Shown here piece after piece: positions 58,992 through 64,000 of a stretch of 64,000 bases of DNA; the stretch's first letter is position 1, and each line of letters starts with the position of its first letter. Source of the stretch: a virus. The position numbers and the translations under genes were made by a program. The DNA lies in IMG/VR virus record IMGVR_UViG_3300046318_000520, positions 32,001 through 96,000 of that record. The stretch is one strand, 5' to 3'. The notes below the pieces were generated by a model. It searched no databases. It was not told the DNA's origin and was given only the letters and a program-made list of their open reading frames with translations.

Positions 58992-59867
58992 TTGACCATG
59001 TTTCTTACGAAATCCTTAGATTACGCTTTTGACAAGCTAAATGTGGAGCCACATACCAAAGAGTGTGTGGCTTCTTCATTGAAATACATTCAACTGGCCA
59101 TACGCAAGCTTGCATTCAATCAAATAGAAACCAGTAAGATCACCAGAAAGCATATCAGACTAATCATGGACCAGTGTGAGCAGGATCGTAAGCTCTCACC
59201 ACGCAACTGGAATGCATACAGGACGTACCTGGTTATGCTCTTTGAACAGTTGGTAGAATATGAGCTAGTGGATGATAATCCTGTCATACAGCTTAAAAAA
59301 CGCCAGGAAGATGATGTGATCAGAAAAGTGCTCACTTTAGAGCAGCGTAATCTGCTAATTAACCACCTTACTGAGACAGATCCTGTGTTTTTACGCTTTA
59401 TCAAGATATTCTTTCATTCCGGTGCCAGACGTACTGAACTCTTTAGTCTGCGTATAGAAAACATATACCTGGAAAAAGGATCCTACCAGGTTTTCGTCAA
59501 AAAAGGACGAAAGAAACGCTGGGTTACCAAAGTCATAAAAGACATTGCCCTTCCTTTATGGAGGGAGCAGATCAGTGATCACTTGACCGGATATATATTT
59601 TCTACAGGATTGTTACCAGGTCCAAATCAGATTAGACCTGAACAGGCAACACGCAGGTGGAAAAGACATGTTAAAGATAAATTGAACATAAAAGCAGATT
59701 TGTATTCCTTAAAACATCTGAACACAGATGAAGTGTCTGCAGAGCTGTCTTTGGCAGAAGCAGCACGGCTTAATAGTCACTCTATACAGATGGCTAGAAA
59801 ACATTATGCTATAAATGAGTCAACAAGGGAACTGGAACGGTTAAAAAAGATCTCAAACCACTTTTAA
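58992..59867 (+). CDS. int: Tyrosine recombinase / integrase
   Basis: SAM-like core-binding domain (SPRNWNAYR), FHSGARRTEL (R), YSLKH, NSHS...KHY (H, Y). Confidence 0.88.
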   Translation: MTMFLTKSLDYAFDKLNVEPHTKECVASSLKYIQLAIRKLAFNQIETSKITRKHIRLIMDQCEQDRKLSPRNWNAYRTYLVMLFEQLVEYELVDDNPVIQLKKRQEDDVIRKVLTLEQRNLLINHLTETDPVFLRFIKIFFHSGARRTELFSLRIENIYLEKGSYQVFVKKGRKKRWVTKVIKDIALPLWREQISDHLTGYIFSTGLLPGPNQIRPEQATRRWKRHVKDKLNIKADLYSLKHLNTDEVSAELSLAEAARLNSHSIQMARKHYAINESTRELERLKKISNHF

Positions 59868-60415
59868 GAAGTCTTTTCTTCTATAAAGCTTTTCAGCAGG
59901 TCTGTGAATCTTCCTGTAGCTTCTGACATAGACTGCATGTCAGGTAGTAATGTCAATGAAACGTTATCTATAAAATTACCGTCTTCATCAACTTTATGAC
60001 CATTACGGATCATTTCGTAGATATTGCACTCTTTTTTAATAATGCTTTCTATATGCACTATTACCACTTCCTTTTTTATAGGAAGGTCTTTCCAGTTTTC
60101 ATCTATCTCTTTACCTTTTTCTCCAGTGCGCAACCAGGCTTCAGAAGCCCAGGCTACTGCAAAAACGGTAAACTTTTCTTTTACCTTTTTTGAAATCTGT
60201 GGGAGCATTGTTGTAACAAAAGATTCTTTTCCTTCTTCTGTAAGCAAGCTGTCCGGAATAGGTACATGAATAATAGCCTGGGTTTTTTCTTCATCTTTGT
60301 TTGTTGCAAAGATGGTAAAATGGGGAGGCAGTCCTCCTGCATCACTGGTGCCCTGAACAATCATCTCAAGATAATCAGCTTTAAGCTGTTCAAACTTTTC
60401 CATTGTAATGTCCAT
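59864..60415 (-). CDS. Hypothetical protein
   Basis: SEAW motif; convergent with the integrase. Confidence 0.65.
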   Translation of the reverse strand: MDITMEKFEQLKADYLEMIVQGTSDAGGLPPHFTIFATNKDEEKTQAIIHVPIPDSLLTEEGKESFVTTMLPQISKKVKEKFTVFAVAWASEAWLRTGEKGKEIDENWKDLPIKKEVVIVHIESIIKKECNIYEMIRNGHKVDEDGNFIDNVSLTLLPDMQSMSEATGRFTDLLKSFIEEKTS

Positions 60416-60424
60416 ATAAGGGTT

Positions 60425-61276
60425 TTAAAAGATATACCGGATACCAGCCGGATCAAAGAATTCTGCATACAGTTTGGTAAAGTCCTGTATCATTTGACGT
60501 TTAAGCTGCCATTGGTAACGGATATTATCTGGTGCATACTGGCTGTCTTTCATTTCCTGTATGTCTGGTCTCCAGATTAATGATCTCACCTCATCTGAGT
60601 TACGAGCATGTTGATGTACATTATGTGTGAGGAATATACACTCACACTTGACATTTATACCAGCTTCCCAGATTTCCTTAAAAAGTTTGTGATACTCAAC
60701 TAACCACCCGTCATGATAAATGATAGGAGAGAAGTTGATGTGCACTTCCATGTGATTCTGTAGCCTAGTAATACTAGCTATACGATCTGAGATTTTATCT
60801 GTACCTGGTTCTAATACATCAGAATATATCTGAGGCATCAGGCTTACCCTGACTCTGTGTTTGACCGGGTCCATATTGTACCAATAAGGTAACAACATTG
60901 TAGGATACTTGGTAGCAAACGTGCTTTTAGCCTTGGGCTCTACATTGAAATAGTCAAAGACTATTTGCCAATCATAATGCTTACGCATAAGAGCTACGTC
61001 AGTGCTGCATCCAATATCAATAGTGTAATATTCAGAATCTACTTGATTAGGAATCTTCGGCCAGGGTTGTTTTTGTACCCATTGATCTACAGATGCTATA
61101 ATGGGTAAGAAGTTTTCATTGACATACACTTTGTCATGATTATATCTACCTACATAGCAGTAGGAGGACATACATCCTCCTAAACAGCCATATATAAAGT
61201 TTGGACTGATAGCATCAGAGCTACGTCCATTGTCTCTTGTAATAAGAGTTTTAGTTTTTTGCTTGATGATCTGCAT
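60425..61276 (-). CDS. Spore photoproduct lyase-family radical SAM protein (TIGR03886-like)
   Basis: GCLGGCMSSYCY cluster, DIGCSTD, FATK, RVRVSLMP, EVHINFSP, IFLTHN, LIW.P..QE.K.S...N.RY. Confidence 0.8.
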   Translation of the reverse strand: MQIIKQKTKTLITRDNGRSSDAISPNFIYGCLGGCMSSYCYVGRYNHDKVYVNENFLPIIASVDQWVQKQPWPKIPNQVDSEYYTIDIGCSTDVALMRKHYDWQIVFDYFNVEPKAKSTFATKYPTMLLPYWYNMDPVKHRVRVSLMPQIYSDVLEPGTDKISDRIASITRLQNHMEVHINFSPIIYHDGWLVEYHKLFKEIWEAGINVKCECIFLTHNVHQHARNSDEVRSLIWRPDIQEMKDSQYAPDNIRYQWQLKRQMIQDFTKLYAEFFDPAGIRYIF

Positions 61277-61380
61277 TAGTTTTTTGTTTTACAAGTGGGA
61301 CAGATCGGTAGACTCTTTTTCTTTTTATAAAAAGTCTGTGTAAATAGCTTTCTACAGTTTTTGCATTTTATCCATTTCAT
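61276..61380 (-). CDS. Tiny Zn-ribbon protein (34 aa; not in ORF track)
   Basis: MKWIKCKNCRKLFTQTFYKKKKSLPICPTCKTKN*; TAATG-coupled to the SPL-like gene. Confidence 0.6.
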   Translation of the reverse strand: MKWIKCKNCRKLFTQTFYKKKKSLPICPTCKTKN

Positions 61381-61383
61381 AGG

Positions 61384-61548
61384 TCATTTTGTTTCTTCTT
61401 TTTCTGTCCTGTGAATATGTGTTGTTCTGATATTTGTCTGACTGATTACAGGTCTGTCAGACGTAATAATACGATAGGCTAAAGCAGCACCAGTAACTGT
61501 AAAAAAGATCATTAGGCCACCGCCTGTTAGAGAAAGAAATGTATCCAT
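61384..61548 (-). CDS. Small membrane-anchored protein (54 aa; not in ORF track)
   Basis: N-terminal hydrophobic segment; fills the gap in the operon. Confidence 0.5.
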   Translation of the reverse strand: MDTFLSLTGGGLMIFFTVTGAALAYRIITSDRPVISQTNIRTTHIHRTEKEETK

Positions 61549-61575
61549 GGTTTATGGTTTAATTGTTAAAGAAAG

Positions 61576-61604
61576 AAAAACCTCCAGTGTAGAAACACCG
61601 GAGG
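61576..61604 (-). terminator. Terminator downstream of tmRNA
   Basis: Minus strand CCTCCGGTGT-ttct-ACACTGGAGG followed by a U-run. Confidence 0.7.
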
Positions 61605-61634
61605 AAAATTTATAATAAACAATAAAAAACTAAG

Positions 61635-62413
61635 TGGAGGTAGCCGGATTTGAACCGGCGTCCAAACGAGAAGTCAATAAACAAAGAGATGTTACATGCT
61701 TAGTACTGATATCTACTCCGGGATCCCGTATGTAAATAATCTGCACCGTAGTTTTGATCTGTTCATTATGTATATCCCGGCAACATGTGTTACGTTAGTT
61801 CAAAAGAACTCGTACAACTCATGGGAGGAGCGGCATCATCTCCATTCTGTCTTAAAAACAATATGAACTAATCAGTAGGGCTGACCATGTTATGGTCCGA
61901 TCCACCACCTGGTTTTAGCTATCAAGTGTGAAACCAGGAAAGTCCACTTTTATACAAGAGGGCACAGGAAGCATACAGTCAGAACTTTGAGAGTTCAATA
62001 CTCTTAACGGTTCGTTTGGCCCAGTGTTTATTACCCTTTTCCCCAACCGCCTATCGTCTGTTTAGGTTCCTGACAATGTATAATAGGAGGGCTGGATGTA
62101 CGTTCATGACTTTGGGAGCGTAACTCTTAATATCAATGGGCTAGTGTTTATCCTCCTGTTTTTTTGGACCTCATCTATCCAATGTTCCAGAGATGCCGTT
62201 TTGCCATTTTCTGTTGCCAGGGATAGCTCCCCCGTAGGTTAGGCTGCTACTGCAACCTCACCGAAGATAGAAGCTAAAATAGCTTCACCTTCTGCTACAC
62301 GAGAAGACTGTGTCTTGCCGTTTAAAAGTTAGCTCCGTGATTAAAGTGGTTTGAGAACCTTCCCACTGCATGTTTGCTTACCACTCACAAGTCTGTCAAA
62401 ACCTGTTACCCCC
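61635..62413 (-). ncRNA. ssrA: tmRNA, unusually long (~779 nt)
   Basis: 5' GGGGGTA pairs with 3' TACCTCC-A including G3:U70; TTTTGACAG D-loop; T arm GCCGG-TTCAAAT-CCGGC; helix 2 pairings (ACATGC/GCATGT); PK1; resume context TTTTAAAC-GGC; tag ending AVAA*. Confidence 0.93.
62239..62319 (-). other. tmRNA tag reading frame (A)GKTQSSRVAEGEAILASIFGEVAVAA*
   Basis: 26 codons plus TAA after the resume motif; Ala-Ala C-terminus. Confidence 0.8.
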
Positions 62414-62419
62414 ATATTG

Positions 62420-62671
62420 CTAGTTTAAATCTAATGCTTTAGTCCACTTCTTACAAGAAGCTACAGGATCTTTAACATAGTCTGTTAATTCAGCCATTGC
62501 AGCCAACGGATCTGTAAATGCAATGGATTTACATCCAACACGTACTACGCAGCCTGAAGTAAAAAACTGAATAGTCACTTCATACTGCTGTCTTAATTGA
62601 TCAGCTGTAGGAATGTACTGATCTGAATAATCATTTTGTGGTTCTGGAACATGTGATAAATCCGGTCTCAT
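62420..62671 (-). CDS. Hypothetical protein
   Basis: GCVVRVGCK motif; ends 6 nt before the tmRNA 5' end. Confidence 0.65.
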   Translation of the reverse strand: MRPDLSHVPEPQNDYSDQYIPTADQLRQQYEVTIQFFTSGCVVRVGCKSIAFTDPLAAMAELTDYVKDPVASCKKWTKALDLN

Positions 62672-62713
62672 TGTTTGTTTTTTTTGTGTTATAAATCCTA
62701 TCTAAAGTTTAAC

Positions 62714-63049
62714 TTATCCTTTAATGTCTACGTGAATTGTTTTACCTGATAAAACATCCTCTATCAGGTCCTCAATCATCTGACGTTGCTCTGCGTTCAA
62801 CAGAGATACTCTATCCACTATTGCCGGTGTGGCAAATGGATCTGACTTGATCTCTACTGATATTCCTTTTCTTACATCGTCATCAAAATGAGGAAAAGTT
62901 AGTATGTCAGTGATGATCCAGTTTAGCCTGCGGGAATAGTCCTTAAAAATATAAGCACCACGAGTATTTGGTGTGGATCTTATAAAATCTTGCATAAATT
63001 CATTTGCCATCTTTACATGTTGTATGGCTTGTACAATATTACTGACCAT
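62714..63049 (-). CDS. Hypothetical protein
   Basis: ORF in operon. Confidence 0.65.
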   Translation of the reverse strand: MVSNIVQAIQHVKMANEFMQDFIRSTPNTRGAYIFKDYSRRLNWIITDILTFPHFDDDVRKGISVEIKSDPFATPAIVDRVSLLNAEQRQMIEDLIEDVLSGKTIHVDIKG

Positions 63050-63353
63050 GAGCTTCAGATTTTACAAGGTCAAGAGCTATTTGGTGTCCAGCTAATGCAT
63101 CTTCATGAGATGTATAACGTTTCTGGTACTGATCATGCTCACCACCAAATATCATAGTCTCCCATAATATAGGAGTATCAGATCCTAATGGTGCATGATT
63201 AAACCCAAGAAATACAGTAGAGACACGAATATCATCGTTTATACGATCTTGCTGAGTGATCTTCATTTCAGCATCTTCATAAAGCTTAAGTGATTCTTGA
63301 AGGGACACCTCGTAAGGTTTTTTGTCCTTGTCTAAAAGATAAAAGTGAGCCAT
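63039..63353 (-). CDS. Conserved phage protein (VSTVFLG..H...ETMIFGG family)
   Basis: Motif as named; likely start is MAHF at 63353, downstream of the tRNA-like element. Confidence 0.65.
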   Translation of the reverse strand: MAHFYLLDKDKKPYEVSLQESLKLYEDAEMKITQQDRINDDIRVSTVFLGFNHAPLGSDTPILWETMIFGGEHDQYQKRYTSHEDALAGHQIALDLVKSEAHGQ

Positions 63354-63381
63354 AGTGTTGTGGTTTTGAGATAAATAAGAG

Positions 63382-63450
63382 TAACCAGGGCTGGATTCAA
63401 ACCAGCGTTCATACTCCATAAGAGGTGCCTATTCTCTTGGCTACCTGGTT
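63382..63450 (-). tRNA. tRNA-like element with shortened/aberrant anticodon arm (identity unassignable)
   Basis: Acceptor AACCAGG/CCTGGTT-A, TA-GCC..GGC D arm, GCTGG-TTTGAAT-CCAGC T arm; only 19 nt between position 26 and the T arm. Confidence 0.65.
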
Positions 63451-63460
63451 ATAAGTTTAG

Positions 63461-64000
63461 TTATTTGTATTTTCCCACCCATTGTACTCCTTGGGCGGTG
63501 GTGATTGTTTTGGGTGATGAGTATGGTACATCATTAGGATAAAATATCTGAGAAGGTGTTAATACATCTTCTTTCTCAAACACTGTTGGGTATTGGTGGA
63601 TAGATTCATACTTTGTCAAAAGTTGACCTATCATCCATACTTCATTTGGATGTTTCTTGTCATGGATTCTACACCAATTAGCAAACTCAAGCATATCCTC
63701 CTCTGTGTACTTATACTTCTCACGAGCTTTGTTGTAACCATTCATAAATGCTAATCTTCTAACAAGGCATTGTTCTTCTGCCCATTCACACATTGGATAA
63801 TTCATTTCAGCCAACTCATCAACACCATCTTCCTGATGTCGGGAATATGGTGGTAGTAAGTCTACACCTTCAAGGAGGGGTGAGCCGTTGAGTGGGAGGT
63901 GGGCAATGATAAGTTTACATACTGATAGATCTGTTAAATAGTCTGGAAACATATTAAGAATACGACCATCTTCTAAGTGCCATCTATCTTTAAAAGGTCT
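63461..64000 (-). CDS. Hypothetical protein (5'-partial; frame open to window end)
   Basis: Frame of ORF 63461..63952 is open to base 64000; KYTEED motif. Confidence 0.6.
   Translation of the reverse strand, partial: RPFKDRWHLEDGRILNMFPDYLTDLSVCKLIIAHLPLNGSPLLEGVDLLPPYSRHQEDGVDELAEMNYPMCEWAEEQCLVRRLAFMNGYNKAREKYKYTEEDMLEFANWCRIHDKKHPNEVWMIGQLLTKYESIHQYPTVFEKEDVLTPSQIFYPNDVPYSSPKTITTAQGVQWVGKYK

Noticed and set aside
61700-62238. Group I intron within the tmRNA
   Set aside because: The T-loop (known insertion site for tmRNA introns) is intact and I could not find convincing P7/catalytic core signatures. Not formally excluded without an Infernal search.
1-64000. Stop-codon reassignment (seen in some crAss-like phages)
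   Set aside because: Genes are long and intact under code 11, and TAA, TAG and TGA all serve as stops; no credible suppressor tRNA.
1-64000. CRISPR array, DGR or reverse transcriptase
   Set aside because: No regularly spaced repeats and no RT motifs seen; the Cas4-like nuclease at 36604 is in a replication/recombination context.

Overview
This is a 64-kb segment of a crAss-like (Crassvirales-type) Bacteroidota phage genome in the standard genetic code. Bases 1-26 kb (+) hold the virion cargo/ejection module, including a 4791-aa virion RNA polymerase polyprotein (zincin HEAFH, catalytic DFDID) and a 1518-aa PD-(D/E)xK-containing partner. Bases 26-64 kb (mostly -) hold nucleotide metabolism, replication and early genes (dCTP deaminase, ThyX, ligase, PolB, primase, DnaB, UDG, MoxR/vWA, SF2 helicase, SPL-like radical SAM), with a divergent lysis cassette at 44.6-47.2 kb. 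Main observations: (1) a ~779-nt one-piece tmRNA, about twice normal size, with a 26-codon tag frame and a highly structured expansion containing a duplicated novel motif; (2) a tyrosine integrase next to an intact attP made of the 3' part of a tRNA-Val(TAC) flanked by 19-bp inverted repeats, implying a temperate crAss-like phage; (3) a GIY-YIG cassette inserted in the helicase Walker A region that supplies a replacement N-terminus; (4) single terminal cysteines that could link the two giant cargo proteins head-to-tail; (5) apparent absence of TCGA and TCGC/GCGA. All calls come from motif recognition by eye; no database searches were run.
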